Positions 1-9,777 of a stretch of DNA of 64,000 nt are shown here, one piece after another. This stretch comes from an uncultured Prevotella sp. Its GTDB lineage: Bacteria > Bacteroidota > Bacteroidia > Bacteroidales > Bacteroidaceae. Each line of letters opens with the position of its first letter. Positions within the stretch are counted from its first letter, which is position 1. The stretch lies in the NCBI GenBank assembly GCA_945833995.1, contig CAMAGM010000002.1:1301-65300 (forward strand), in the 5' to 3' direction. The notes beneath the pieces were generated by a model, which ran no database searches, was not told the origin of the DNA, and was given only the letters and a program-made list of their open reading frames with translations. The position numbers and the translations under genes were made by a program.

Positions 1-431
1 AAGGTCAGATATTCCACACGCCCCACAGGAAACGAAACATTCTGTCTCATAAGGCTATGCAAACGGCTACCGGCGGCTATTACATACACCCAAGGCAGGT
101 CTTCATAGAAATAACGCAGAATGGCTACGGCTTTAGGCTCTTCCTGTATCTCGTCGATAAATATCAGGACTGTTTTGCTCTTGTCCTGTACGATATGGTG
201 TTTCAAACAGAGATATTGCCAAATGTCGAGTACATTACTAAAACGACGGAATAAGCCAGAATCGTCTGTTTCCAGATTAAGTGATATAAAGGAGTCGAAC
301 TCCTGACCAAATTCCTTGACCAGTGTTGTCTTTCCCACCTGTCTTGCCCCTCGGAGCACAAGTGGTTTTCGACGGGGATTGTCCCGCCATTGTCTCAATT
401 GTGATGTCAAATCCCTTGCAAACATATTCAT
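1..431 (-). CDS. AAA-family ATP-binding protein (AAA_14/DUF4143-like), N-terminal part; runs off window
   Basis: Manual translation MNMFARDLTSQLRQWRDNPRRKPLVLRGARQVGKTTLV...LIFIDEIQ shows Walker A (GARQVGKT) and Walker B (IFIDE). Not in the ORF track because it is truncated. Confidence 0.85.
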   Translation of the reverse strand, partial: MNMFARDLTSQLRQWRDNPRRKPLVLRGARQVGKTTLVKEFGQEFDSFISLNLETDDSGLFRRFSNVLDIWQYLCLKHHIVQDKSKTVLIFIDEIQEEPKAVAILRYFYEDLPWVYVIAAGSRLHSLMRQNVSFPVGRVEYLT

Positions 432-522
432 CCTATTTAACAATATGACGGTGCAAAGATAGTGCAAATCGAAGACATTACAAAATAAAAGTCACAAAAC
501 TATTATTTTTAGATGCTACTTT

Positions 523-607
523 TTTCTAAAACATAGGCAACTTTCGCTGAAAATCTTTCTAAAACATAGGCAACTTTCGCCGGAAATCTTTCTAAAACAT
601 AGGCAAC
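523..607. repeat. 33-bp tandem direct repeat, about 2.6 copies
   Basis: TTTCTAAAACATAGGCAACTTTCGC(TGA/CGG)AAATC at 523 and 556, partial copy at 589. Confidence 0.9.
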
Positions 608-624
608 GGATGGCTGTCTATGTG

Positions 625-696
625 TACGCCCATGGGGAATCGAACCCCAACCAAAGGAACCGGAATCCTTCATTCTATCCATTAAACTATGGGCGC
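625..696 (-). tRNA. tRNA-Arg(CCG)
   Basis: Reverse complement GCGCCCATAGTTTAATGGATAGAATGAAGGATTCCGGTTCCTTTGGTTGGGGTTCGATTCCCCATGGGCGTA has an acceptor stem, GTTCGA T-loop and anticodon CCG. TAnnTTTG promoter at 714-721 (-). Confidence 0.95.
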
Positions 697-785
697 AGGT
701 CGGTTTTCGTGTGCAAAGGTAACTATAATTTTGGATTTGACAAAGAAAAGAGAGTGAAAAGTTGTCTTTCCACTCTCCTTTTTGC

Positions 786-1244
786 TTATTTGATGTAGTC
801 GAGAATTTGCTCGGCGTGAATCTTTGTCTTTATCTCCTTTGGGGTGAAGATCTTTTCAATCACGCCTTCCTCGTTCACGAGGTATGTGGTGCGCAGGGCG
901 CCCATGTATTTCTTTCCACACATCGATTTCTCTCCCCAAGCGCCAAGTTGCTGGAGTAGGGTGGTGTCAACGTCGGCTATGAGTGGGAATGGAAGCTCAT
1001 ACTTGTCGATGAACTTCTGATGGCTTGCCGCTGAGTCCTTGCTTACGCCAATGACGGCATAGCCTGCCTGTTGCAACTCGTTGTAGTGGTCCTTGAGGGA
1101 GCATGCCTCGGCGGTGCAGCCGGAGGTGTTGTCCTTTGGATAGACGTAGAGCACTACTTTCTTTCCTGCAAGGCTCTCGCGTGTTATTGCCTCGCCCTTC
1201 TCGTTGAGCCCGAGCATATCGGGCAGTTTGTCTCCAATGTTCAT
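786..1244 (-). CDS. bcp: Thioredoxin-dependent thiol peroxidase (BCP/PrxQ)
   Basis: YPKDNTSGCTAEAC peroxiredoxin motif; start taken at MNIGDK. Confidence 0.92.
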   Translation of the reverse strand: MNIGDKLPDMLGLNEKGEAITRESLAGKKVVLYVYPKDNTSGCTAEACSLKDHYNELQQAGYAVIGVSKDSAASHQKFIDKYELPFPLIADVDTTLLQQLGAWGEKSMCGKKYMGALRTTYLVNEEGVIEKIFTPKEIKTKIHAEQILDYIK

Positions 1245-1729
1245 TGTCTTATTGTTTGTTTTGTTAGTATGTCGTCGATTATTCCCTCGCAAGCGTCCTC
1301 AAGCAGTTCGATTACGAACTCGAAGTCGCGGTCGTTGCCATAGTATGGGTCGGGTACGGTGGTTTGTCCCTTGTGGTGGCGCAGATAGCGGGCTATCATC
1401 TCCACCTTCCCCATGTATGACTTGTCGGGTGCGAGCGAGCTCACTGCCCGATAGTTGTCGTTGTCCATTACTATGATGCGGTCGAAACGCGTGAAATCGT
1501 CCTTGCTGATTTGCCGTGCACGGTGGTCGAAACGGTAGCCGTGGTCGTGTCCGTGGCGTCGCATGCGTGAGTCGGGCAACTGTCCTATGTGCCATGAGCC
1601 GATGCCGCAAGAGTCGATCTCGAAGAGGTGGTCAAGTCCACGCTCTCTGACTTGTGCCTTCAGTATGCCATCGGCAGCTGGGGAGCGGCAGATGTTTCCG
1701 AGACACACGAAAAGTATTTTTTCCTTCAT
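1241..1729 (-). CDS. Low-molecular-weight protein-tyrosine phosphatase
   Basis: VCLGNICRS P-loop and DPYYG motif; start MKEKILF. Confidence 0.93.
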   Translation of the reverse strand: MKEKILFVCLGNICRSPAADGILKAQVRERGLDHLFEIDSCGIGSWHIGQLPDSRMRRHGHDHGYRFDHRARQISKDDFTRFDRIIVMDNDNYRAVSSLAPDKSYMGKVEMIARYLRHHKGQTTVPDPYYGNDRDFEFVIELLEDACEGIIDDILTKQTIRQ

Positions 1730-1903
1730 ATCGTTGTCTGTTTTGGTCGGCAAAGTTAGCAAAAAAGTTTTCCATATCACACTGTTTTGGAAAAAAAATG
1801 TGTTTATGACGAAAAAAAAGCTCCAAAAGTGAATCATTGTCGAAAAGATTTACTACATTTGCAACCGACAATGACAAAAATACAAAAATAAAAAACTTAA
1901 ACT

Positions 1904-3397
1904 ATGGACATTTTATTATCCCTCGTCCCGATTGCCTTGCTGATAGTTCTCATGGCAGTCTTGAAACAACCTGGCGACCGCAGCAGCCTGATCACTTTGG
2001 TCGTTACGGCTCTGATTGCAGTGTTTGGTTTTGGAATGTCGGTACACGACATGTCGTTCTCGTTCCTCTATGGTGCCACGAAAGCCATCTCTCCGATTCT
2101 CATCATCATCCTCATGGCAATATTCAGCTACAACACGCTGTTGCTGACTGGCAAGATGGAGGTGATAAAGAGTCAGTTCTCGATGATTTCCACCGACCGC
2201 AGCATTCAGGTGCTGTTGCTGACGTGGGGCTTTGGCGGCATTCTTGAGGCAATGGCTGGTTTTGGCACTGCCGTTGCCATTCCCGCAGCCATACTCATAA
2301 GTCTTGGCTATAAGCCTGTGTTCTCTGCCGTGGTATGCCTCATTGCCAATAGCGTTGCCACGACGTTTGGTGCCATAGGCACTCCGGTGATAGTGCTTGC
2401 CAACGAGACAGGCTTGGACGTGAACTTGCTCAGTGCCAACGTTGTGTTGCAGTTGGCTCCGCTGATGTTCATCATACCTTTTATAATAGTATATATGGCA
2501 GACAACCGCCGACAGGCTTTGATGAAGAACATCGTGCTGTCGCTCGTCACTGGTGTCGTGTCGCTTGGCGGACAGTATGCCGCCGCCCGATTCATGGGTG
2601 CTGAGTCGCCAGCCATCATTGGTAGCTTGCTATCCATCATCGTGATTGTGGTGGCAGCCAAGTTCGTGAAGAGCGAGAAGCCCCAGAACGCGAAGAAAAT
2701 CACCGCAGGCGAGCTGCTCAACGCCTGGAGCGTATATCTGCTCATCCTGCTGCTCGTCATCATTACGAGTCCGCTGTTCCCAGCCATACGTGAGGTGTTG
2801 AGCTCAACGCTCGTGACGACGATAAACTTCCCAGTGGAGGCTATTAAGCCCTACAAGATAAGCTGGCTGACACATGCAGGCTTGTTGCTTTTCCTCGGTA
2901 CGCTGATTGGCGGACTTATTCAGGGTGCCTCGGTAGGTGGAATAATGAAGACACTGTGGAAAACTGCCAAGTCGCTGAAGGCGACCATCATAACCGTTGT
3001 TTGTCTCGTAGGTTTCTCCACCGTGATGGACTATGCGGGCATGATTACCGTTATAGCTGGTGGACTTGCCGCTGCCACGGGTGCTGTCTATCCGTTGTTT
3101 GCTCCGCTTGTAGGTGGAATTGGAACGTTCATCACCGGTAGCGACACCTCGGCAAACATCCTGTTCGGTAAGATGCAGTCAACTGTGGCTGGTCACATCA
3201 ATGTGAGTCCCGACTGGCTTGCCGCGTCAAACACGGTGGGAGCAACGGGTGGAAAAATCATCTCGCCTCAGAGCATCGCCATTGCCACCTCTGCCTGCAA
3301 CCTCCAGGGCAAGGAGGGTGAGATTCTGAAGCAGTCGTTGCCATGGGCAGTGCTATACATTGTTGTGGCGGGAATCACGGTTTATCTGTTGGTTTGA
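1904..3397 (+). CDS. lctP: L-lactate permease
   Basis: Hydrophobic 497 aa; LEAMAGFGTAVA, GSDTSANILF and GKIISPQSI motifs. Confidence 0.9.
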   Translation: MDILLSLVPIALLIVLMAVLKQPGDRSSLITLVVTALIAVFGFGMSVHDMSFSFLYGATKAISPILIIILMAIFSYNTLLLTGKMEVIKSQFSMISTDRSIQVLLLTWGFGGILEAMAGFGTAVAIPAAILISLGYKPVFSAVVCLIANSVATTFGAIGTPVIVLANETGLDVNLLSANVVLQLAPLMFIIPFIIVYMADNRRQALMKNIVLSLVTGVVSLGGQYAAARFMGAESPAIIGSLLSIIVIVVAAKFVKSEKPQNAKKITAGELLNAWSVYLLILLLVIITSPLFPAIREVLSSTLVTTINFPVEAIKPYKISWLTHAGLLLFLGTLIGGLIQGASVGGIMKTLWKTAKSLKATIITVVCLVGFSTVMDYAGMITVIAGGLAAATGAVYPLFAPLVGGIGTFITGSDTSANILFGKMQSTVAGHINVSPDWLAASNTVGATGGKIISPQSIAIATSACNLQGKEGEILKQSLPWAVLYIVVAGITVYLLV

Positions 3398-3399
3398 TT

Positions 3400-3527
3400 A
3401 GTGATGAGTGAAGAGTGATGAGTGAAGAGTGAAAAGTGAAGAGTTGTGATTACTGCCAAGTCGTACACTTTGCGCAGTTCTGATAGTAATCATAACTCTT
3501 CACTTTTCATTCTTCACTCTTCACTCA
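3400..3527. repeat. Palindromic heptamer element (GTGAAGA)n - core - (TCTTCAC)n
   Basis: About 6 left units and 4 right units plus inner inverted repeat GAGTTGTGATTACT/AGTAATCATAACTC, between convergent genes. Confidence 0.9.
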
Positions 3528-3534
3528 AAAAAAA

Positions 3535-4824
3535 CTATTGTTCAAAGATTTTCCCGCTTTTGCGGCGTAGGCGTTCTTTCTTCATGTCTGACGTGAAGTT
3601 GAACACGGCGTAGGTAATCACTCCTACTACGATGCCATCGCTGATGCTTCCTATTATTGCCATCACGAGAATGACCAGTACTGATGGTATTGCCTCTACG
3701 GGGTCAGACAGGTTGATGTGCTTTATTGCCGAGAACATCCTGACGCTGACGATAAGCAATACGGCACCAGTGACTACAGAGGGAATGGCAAGGAACAGGG
3801 GCGAGAGGAAGATGGCTATGAGAAAGCAGAGGGCAGTCACTGCCGAGGTGACCCCTGTGCGACCTCCCTCAGCCACTCCGGTAGCACTCTCAAGATAGCT
3901 CGTGCATGTTGACGTGCCGAAGACACCACTGAGCAACGAGCTGATAGCGTCAGCCCGAAGTATGCGCGACATTCGCGGAACGTGTCCGTTGGCTCTTGAA
4001 ATGCTGTCGGACATGACTCCCATCACGGTGCCGATGGTGTCGAACATATCGAGGAAAAGAATGGATACCACGCACACGAGCATGTCGATGGAGAAAATCT
4101 CACTGCTCCATTCCATCTCGCAGAATAGTGGCATGGGCGAGGCTGGCATTTGGGCAATGCTGTCGATGTGGGTCAGTCCCATGGGTATGCCAATGATTGT
4201 CGTGGCTACGATGCTGAAGAATATGGCTCCACGCACCTTCAATATTATCAACACTCCCGAAAGGATGAGGCATACGGCAAATAGTTGCTTCTCAGGCTCT
4301 GTGACGATGTTTGCCAAAGATATGATGGCAGAGCTGGGTTCGGTCATCCCCGCGCTCTTTAGTCCGAGCGAGGCAAGGAAAAAACCTACGCCAACACCTA
4401 TGGCACTGCGCAGCGAGATGGGAATGCACTCTACAATCAGCGTGCGCAATCCTGAGAACGAGAGAATCATGAAAAGCACTCCCTCAAGGAATATTGCCGT
4501 AAGTGCGAAATGCCATGAATAGCCCATGGTGGTGCACACCGTGCCGCTGATAAAATAGAGCAAGCCCACTCCTGGCGCCACAGCAATGGGCAGCTTGGCA
4601 TAGAACGCCATGATAAAAGTGCTGATCATGCTCACTATGGCGGTGGCGGTGAACAACGCTTCGGTGGGAAATGGGTCTGCCTCGCCTCCAACGCCCACGA
4701 ATGTCTTAGGCGCAAGGGCGAGAATGTATGCCATAACTATAAAGGTGCTGAATCCTGCGAATATCTCCGTAGGCAGCGAGTGCTTGGCAGCTCTGAATCC
4801 GAAAAGTTTAGTCAGCGTTTTCAT
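3535..4824 (-). CDS. NCS2 family permease, AzgA/guanine-hypoxanthine-like
   Basis: APGVGL, DMFDTIGT and YLESATGVAEGGRTG motifs. Confidence 0.85.
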   Translation of the reverse strand: MKTLTKLFGFRAAKHSLPTEIFAGFSTFIVMAYILALAPKTFVGVGGEADPFPTEALFTATAIVSMISTFIMAFYAKLPIAVAPGVGLLYFISGTVCTTMGYSWHFALTAIFLEGVLFMILSFSGLRTLIVECIPISLRSAIGVGVGFFLASLGLKSAGMTEPSSAIISLANIVTEPEKQLFAVCLILSGVLIILKVRGAIFFSIVATTIIGIPMGLTHIDSIAQMPASPMPLFCEMEWSSEIFSIDMLVCVVSILFLDMFDTIGTVMGVMSDSISRANGHVPRMSRILRADAISSLLSGVFGTSTCTSYLESATGVAEGGRTGVTSAVTALCFLIAIFLSPLFLAIPSVVTGAVLLIVSVRMFSAIKHINLSDPVEAIPSVLVILVMAIIGSISDGIVVGVITYAVFNFTSDMKKERLRRKSGKIFEQ

Positions 4825-6085
4825 GTTTCTGGGGAATTATGAGGTTTAGTAATATGCCAGCAATGAAGGCGAGCGTGAGCGATGTCAGCGTGGTGTTGCC
4901 CACCTGGATGCCTCCATTGCAGAAAAACTTGATGCCAAGGGCTACACCGAGCACCGCCACAACAATGACTATGGAGCGTACAGAGAACCGCTCATTGCCA
5001 ACCGAGCCAATGGTGCGCCAGCCCACGAGTATTACCATGCAATACATCACGAGCGTTATTCCGCCAATCACAGCCATTGGTATGGCTCCAACCAAGGCAG
5101 CCACCTTCGGCGAGAACGACAGCAGTATCATGAGCAAGGCTGTGTAGCGCAGGATGTATGGGTCGCACACACGGTTGAGCTGTATGAGTCCAGTGGTCTG
5201 TGTGTAGGCTGTGGTCTTTGGGGCACCGAACACCGAGGCCACCAATATGGCGAGACCGTTGGCACTCATTGTGCGTGGCAGTCCCATGACGCGCAGATAG
5301 TCTTTTCCCGTGGTGCGTGATATGGCAAGCATGTCGGATATGTGCTCGCCAATGGCTATCAGTGCGAGAGGAATGACGGTGAGCACTGTGGCTATGAACA
5401 TCTCAAGGTCGAAGTCCTCAAGTATGCGGAATGCCATGTAGTTGTCGTTGAAAGGCTGCGACAGCGATGTCGCGTCCAATATGCCCTCAAGATTGATGCT
5501 CCCACTGAAATACGACACCACTATTCCCACAAGTATCCCGGCATTTATTGACATTATTTGCCAAAAGCCCTTGCACAGCATTTGGGTAAGCACAATGGCG
5601 GCAATGGTTGCGATGCCCGTAATCCAGTCGGTCTTTATGGAGTATGTGGCTGAGAAAAGCATGTCGATGCCGAGAGCCATGATGAACGAGCCGGTAAGCA
5701 CAGGTGGAAAGAGGCGGGTGATGTGATGGCGTGAGACGAAACGCAGAATTTGTGCCACCACGAGATAAACCACGCCAATGACGAAAGCTCCGAAGCAGGT
5801 GTAGCATAGGGCTATGTCGTCAGCCATTCCCTTGCTTACGCACGACTGGCGGATGAACGCCATTCCCGCAAGCACGGTGAATGAACTGCTGAGATAGAGA
5901 GGGATTTTTCCTGAAGTGAAATAGTGGAACACCAGTGTGGCTATGCCAGAGAAGAACAGGGCAATGGGTATTGGCAACCCCAAGACTACGGGCACAAAGA
6001 TGGTGCCTGCAAAGACAGCCAGAAGATGTTGGAAAGCCAGTCCGAACCTAATCAGCGATGGCATTTGACTTGTATTGTGTATCAT
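4808..6085 (-). CDS. NCS2 family uracil/xanthine permease-like (divergent)
   Basis: QHLLAVF, LFPPVLTG and EHISD motifs; the substrate signature region is atypical. Confidence 0.8.
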   Translation of the reverse strand: MIHNTSQMPSLIRFGLAFQHLLAVFAGTIFVPVVLGLPIPIALFFSGIATLVFHYFTSGKIPLYLSSSFTVLAGMAFIRQSCVSKGMADDIALCYTCFGAFVIGVVYLVVAQILRFVSRHHITRLFPPVLTGSFIMALGIDMLFSATYSIKTDWITGIATIAAIVLTQMLCKGFWQIMSINAGILVGIVVSYFSGSINLEGILDATSLSQPFNDNYMAFRILEDFDLEMFIATVLTVIPLALIAIGEHISDMLAISRTTGKDYLRVMGLPRTMSANGLAILVASVFGAPKTTAYTQTTGLIQLNRVCDPYILRYTALLMILLSFSPKVAALVGAIPMAVIGGITLVMYCMVILVGWRTIGSVGNERFSVRSIVIVVAVLGVALGIKFFCNGGIQVGNTTLTSLTLAFIAGILLNLIIPQKHENAD

Positions 6086-6114
6086 AATTCGGTGCGTTTA
6101 TGGTTTCTACTCAA

Positions 6115-6675
6115 TTATTCTACCTTCAATACCGACTCCACTTCCGACAGAGTCTCCATCTTGTCGAGCTTTGCCGAGACGATGTCGATGTTCTCCACCA
6201 CCCGCGTCAGTTGCTCGCAGCCCTCGAAAATAGCATTCACCACTTCCTTTCGCTGTTCTTCGTCGAGTGGCACGTCGGTGTTTGCAAGCAGTTGCACGAA
6301 ACCATACATCTGGTGCAGCGGGGTGCGTATCTCGTGCGAGAGGTTCTTTGTGTAGATGGATTTCATGTGCGACTCATGCTCGGCAAAGTCCTTTGCCTCC
6401 TCCACCAGTTTGTTTGTGCGTTGCAGCGCCTGATTCTTGCGTTCAAGCAGCATGACGTGCTTGCGGTGTCGCTCCTTCATACCCCACATGAAGAAGACGA
6501 TAATGACACAGATGATTACCAAGAGCGAAAGGAAGTTTACCTTCGACCTGATTTGCAGCAGCTCGTTCTCCGCTTGCAGTTCAGCCATTGTTATGGCTGA
6601 TGTCTTTAGTACGGACATGCCTATGGCGCAAAGCAATAAGCAAGTCCTTTTCCATTTTATTTTTTTTCCTAACAT
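6115..6675 (-). CDS. Membrane protein with HisKA dimerisation/phosphoacceptor domain only
   Basis: Signal-like N-terminus, one TM helix, coiled coil, H-box SHEIRTPL; no HATPase boxes before the stop. Confidence 0.75.
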   Translation of the reverse strand: MLGKKIKWKRTCLLLCAIGMSVLKTSAITMAELQAENELLQIRSKVNFLSLLVIICVIIVFFMWGMKERHRKHVMLLERKNQALQRTNKLVEEAKDFAEHESHMKSIYTKNLSHEIRTPLHQMYGFVQLLANTDVPLDEEQRKEVVNAIFEGCEQLTRVVENIDIVSAKLDKMETLSEVESVLKVE

Positions 6676-6710
6676 AGTGAGTTGTTTTATTTTGTTTTGT
6701 TTTGTTCGTG

Positions 6711-8240
6711 TCAGAATGGCATTGGACCGTCTGCAAAAGGTGGTGGCGGTGGGAATCCGTCCATTGGCGCCATGTCGTCGCCGTTCACCTTCGACCCTAC
6801 TATCTCGCCCTCGTTTGCAGGCATTGGGCGCAGCGAGGAGTCCTCTGGGTTCTCAAAGCGTGTGAACTCGCCCCGGAACGTCAGTAGCACGTCGCCCGTG
6901 GCACCCTTACGGTGCTTGGCAATGATTATCTGTGCCATGCCGTGCAGGTCGCGTCCCTTCTCGTCCTGATAGATGTGGTAGTACTCGGGTCGGTGTACGA
7001 AGAGCACCATGTCGGCATCCTGCTCAATGGCTCCCGACTCGCGCAAGTCGCTCAGTTGCGGACGCTTGCCCTCAAGTCCCTCGCGCGACTCCACTCCACG
7101 GTTCAGCTGACTGAGTGCGAGAATAGGTATGTCCAGCTCCTTGGCAAGTCCTTTCAGCGAGCGCGATATGGTCGAAACCTCTTCCTGTCGGCTGCTGAAA
7201 CGCATTCCGTTGGCGTTCATCAGCTGCAGGTAGTCAATCATTATAAGTTTCACACCGTGTTCCCTCACGAGCCGGCGGGCTTTGGTGCGCAGCTCAAATA
7301 CGGAGAGTCCTGGTGTGTCGTCAACGTAGAGTGGTGCGCCCAAGAGGTTGTTTATCCGCTTGTCCAGTCGGTCCCACTCGTCGGGCTTCAGCTGTCCGTT
7401 GAGAATCTTGCTTCCCTGAATCTCACAGCAGTTGGAGATGAGTCGGTTGACGAGTTGCACGTTGCTCATCTCAAGCGAGAAGAAAGCCGTAGGCACTCTA
7501 AAGTCAGCCACAATGTTCTTTGCCATGGAAAGAGCGAACGAGGTCTTTCCCATCGCAGGTCGTCCGGCAATGATGACAAGGTCTGAGGGCTGCCAGCCAC
7601 TGGTGATGTCGTCGAGCTTGTGGTAGCCAGTGGGCACACCTGTGAGTCCATCCTTGTTTGCGGCAGCTTTCTGTATCACCTCAATGGCATTGGATATGAC
7701 AGGGTCAATCTGCGTGTAGTCCTTCTTCATGTTGCGCTGCGAGAGCTCGAATAGCGAGCCTTCTGCCTCCTGCATCAGGTCATCGACATCCACTGTTCCG
7801 TCGAATGCCTTTGTCTCTATCACGCTGGCAAAGGATATGAGCTGTCGGGCAAGGAATTTCTGTGCCACGATGCGTGCGTGGTACTCGATGTTTGCCGACG
7901 AAGCCACCTTTGTGGTTAGTTCGGAGATGTATAGCGGTCCTCCCACCTTCTCAAGGTTGCCACTGCGCTCCAGTTCGTCGGTCACTGTGAGCATATCCAC
8001 GGGCTTCTCTGCCAGGCTGAGGCTTCTTATTGCCTCGTAGATGAGTTGGTTGCGCTGCTCGTAGAAACTCTCGGGATAGAGTATCTCGCAGACCACGGCG
8101 TAGGCGTCGCGGTCTATCATCAAGGCTCCAAGCACAGCTCTCTCCACATCGAGAGCCTGTGGCTGAAGGTGTCCGTATGTGTTATCGACAGGTGCAGGCT
8201 TGCTTGCCCTGCGTGTCTTTGCTGAATTATTCTCTGCCAT
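6711..8240 (-). CDS. dnaB: Replicative DNA helicase
   Basis: AGRPAMGKT, IDYLQL and DLRESGAIEQDAD motifs. Confidence 0.98.
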   Translation of the reverse strand: MAENNSAKTRRASKPAPVDNTYGHLQPQALDVERAVLGALMIDRDAYAVVCEILYPESFYEQRNQLIYEAIRSLSLAEKPVDMLTVTDELERSGNLEKVGGPLYISELTTKVASSANIEYHARIVAQKFLARQLISFASVIETKAFDGTVDVDDLMQEAEGSLFELSQRNMKKDYTQIDPVISNAIEVIQKAAANKDGLTGVPTGYHKLDDITSGWQPSDLVIIAGRPAMGKTSFALSMAKNIVADFRVPTAFFSLEMSNVQLVNRLISNCCEIQGSKILNGQLKPDEWDRLDKRINNLLGAPLYVDDTPGLSVFELRTKARRLVREHGVKLIMIDYLQLMNANGMRFSSRQEEVSTISRSLKGLAKELDIPILALSQLNRGVESREGLEGKRPQLSDLRESGAIEQDADMVLFVHRPEYYHIYQDEKGRDLHGMAQIIIAKHRKGATGDVLLTFRGEFTRFENPEDSSLRPMPANEGEIVGSKVNGDDMAPMDGFPPPPPFADGPMPF

Positions 8241-8253
8241 ACAATCGCTTTGC

Positions 8254-8285
8254 GAAATTAAAAAATTAAAAAATAAAAATTAAAG
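8254..8285. repeat. A-rich 7/8-mer tandem repeat (AAAATTAA-like), single arm
   Basis: GAAATTAAAAAATTAAAAAATAAAAATTAAAG between the GHL10 stop and the dnaB start. Confidence 0.5.
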
Positions 8286-8288
8286 AGA

Positions 8289-9770
8289 CTACAGCTTCAG
8301 CTTCTTCTTTACCGCCTTGCTCTCGTTTTGCATTCTGTCGAGCGCGCTGACGGCATAGGTGTATTTTGTCTTGCCATTGTCGTAAGGCAGTTTGTAGAAC
8401 GTGTCTGACGTTATGGCTACTATGTTCGCCGCATTGTTGTAGTCAATCTTCTCTCCTTTGGCAAAACGATAGACAACATATTTCGTTGCCTCGTCCTTCC
8501 ATCCTTTCCCGCTTGGTGCTGTCCAGAAGAGTATGTAGCCATCGGCTGTCCACACGGGCTTCACCTTGCGTGGTTTCTTAGGTGCCTTTGAGTCGATGAA
8601 CGGCATTAGTGGCTGTAGGGCAGGTGTGCGCCAATAGTTGTTGCGCAACAGTGTGCCGTAGTTGCCCACGTTATCCACCGCAGCCTTGGCATACCACAGC
8701 ACCGTTCCCTGCACGTTGTGCATCTGTTGGTGCAATGCCATCTTTGCCGGAAGCTGGTGGCTGTTAGGATTCTGTGGGTCGGGATATTTCACCGTTCGCT
8801 CCACGTCCTCGCCAATGAACAGAGGGCGACCTCCCGCATAGCGGTTCCACCATTCTATCAGTGTCTTGTAGTCGGCTGCCGAGTGGCCTATCTGCCAGTA
8901 AATCTGCGGCACGCAATAGTCTATCCAACCGTTGTTCACCCAGAGCAGCACGTCGGCATAGAGGTCGTCGTAGTTCTGCAGACCGTTTGTCTCGCTGCCT
9001 ATGGGCGAGCTCTTCTTGTTGCGGTAGATGCCGAAAGGCGACACTCCGAACTTCACCCATGGCTTAACACTCGCTATGGTGTCGTGTAACTGCTGAATGA
9101 ACAGGTTTACGTTGTATCTGCGCCAGTCGCTGATGTTGTTAATGCCGTTCGACATCTCGCTGTACTGCCGTGCGTCGGGTATGGTCTGCCCTGCTGCGGG
9201 ATAGGGGTAGAAGTAATCGTCAATGTGCAGCCCATCCACGTCGTAGCGGCGCAGAATGTCGCCCACAACATTACAAATATAAGAGCGGTTTTCCTCGAAG
9301 GCAGGGTTCATTATGAACTGTCCGTCGTAGGCAAACACGCGCTCTGGATGCTTTATTGCCACGTGGTTGGAGGCGAGTTGTGTGGTGGTCTTTGTCTTCG
9401 CACGATAGGGATTTATCCATGCGTGCAGTTCCATGCCACGCTTGTGGCACTGGTCTATCATCCATTGCAGCGGGTCCCAATAAGGGCTTGGAGCCTTGCC
9501 CTGTTGTCCTGTGAGGAAGCGGCTCCAAGGCTCGATGCTGCTCTCGTAGAGTGCGTCACATTCGGGACGAACCTGGAATATTATGGCGTTTGCCCCGTCT
9601 TTCTGTAGTTCGTCGAGCTGGTAGGATAATGTCTTTTGCATTGTTTCGGTTGACATTCCGAGGAATTGTCCGTTCACACACTGAATCCATGCGCCACGGA
9701 ACTCGCGTTTCGGCTGTGCCGCCGTGGTCAATGCCACCAATAGTAGTAACAGTATTGCAGTCTTTCTCAT
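8289..9770 (-). CDS. Glycoside hydrolase-like family 10 protein (GHL10, YddW/DigH-like), secreted
   Basis: Signal peptide; EFRGAW, LHAWINPYR and DGLHIDDYFY motifs; FN3-like C-terminus. Confidence 0.85.
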   Translation of the reverse strand: MRKTAILLLLLVALTTAAQPKREFRGAWIQCVNGQFLGMSTETMQKTLSYQLDELQKDGANAIIFQVRPECDALYESSIEPWSRFLTGQQGKAPSPYWDPLQWMIDQCHKRGMELHAWINPYRAKTKTTTQLASNHVAIKHPERVFAYDGQFIMNPAFEENRSYICNVVGDILRRYDVDGLHIDDYFYPYPAAGQTIPDARQYSEMSNGINNISDWRRYNVNLFIQQLHDTIASVKPWVKFGVSPFGIYRNKKSSPIGSETNGLQNYDDLYADVLLWVNNGWIDYCVPQIYWQIGHSAADYKTLIEWWNRYAGGRPLFIGEDVERTVKYPDPQNPNSHQLPAKMALHQQMHNVQGTVLWYAKAAVDNVGNYGTLLRNNYWRTPALQPLMPFIDSKAPKKPRKVKPVWTADGYILFWTAPSGKGWKDEATKYVVYRFAKGEKIDYNNAANIVAITSDTFYKLPYDNGKTKYTYAVSALDRMQNESKAVKKKLKL

Positions 9771-9777
9771 TTTGATG

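Noticed and set aside
523-607. Possible CRISPR array
   Set aside because: The units are contiguous and near-identical, with no unique spacers and no cas genes.
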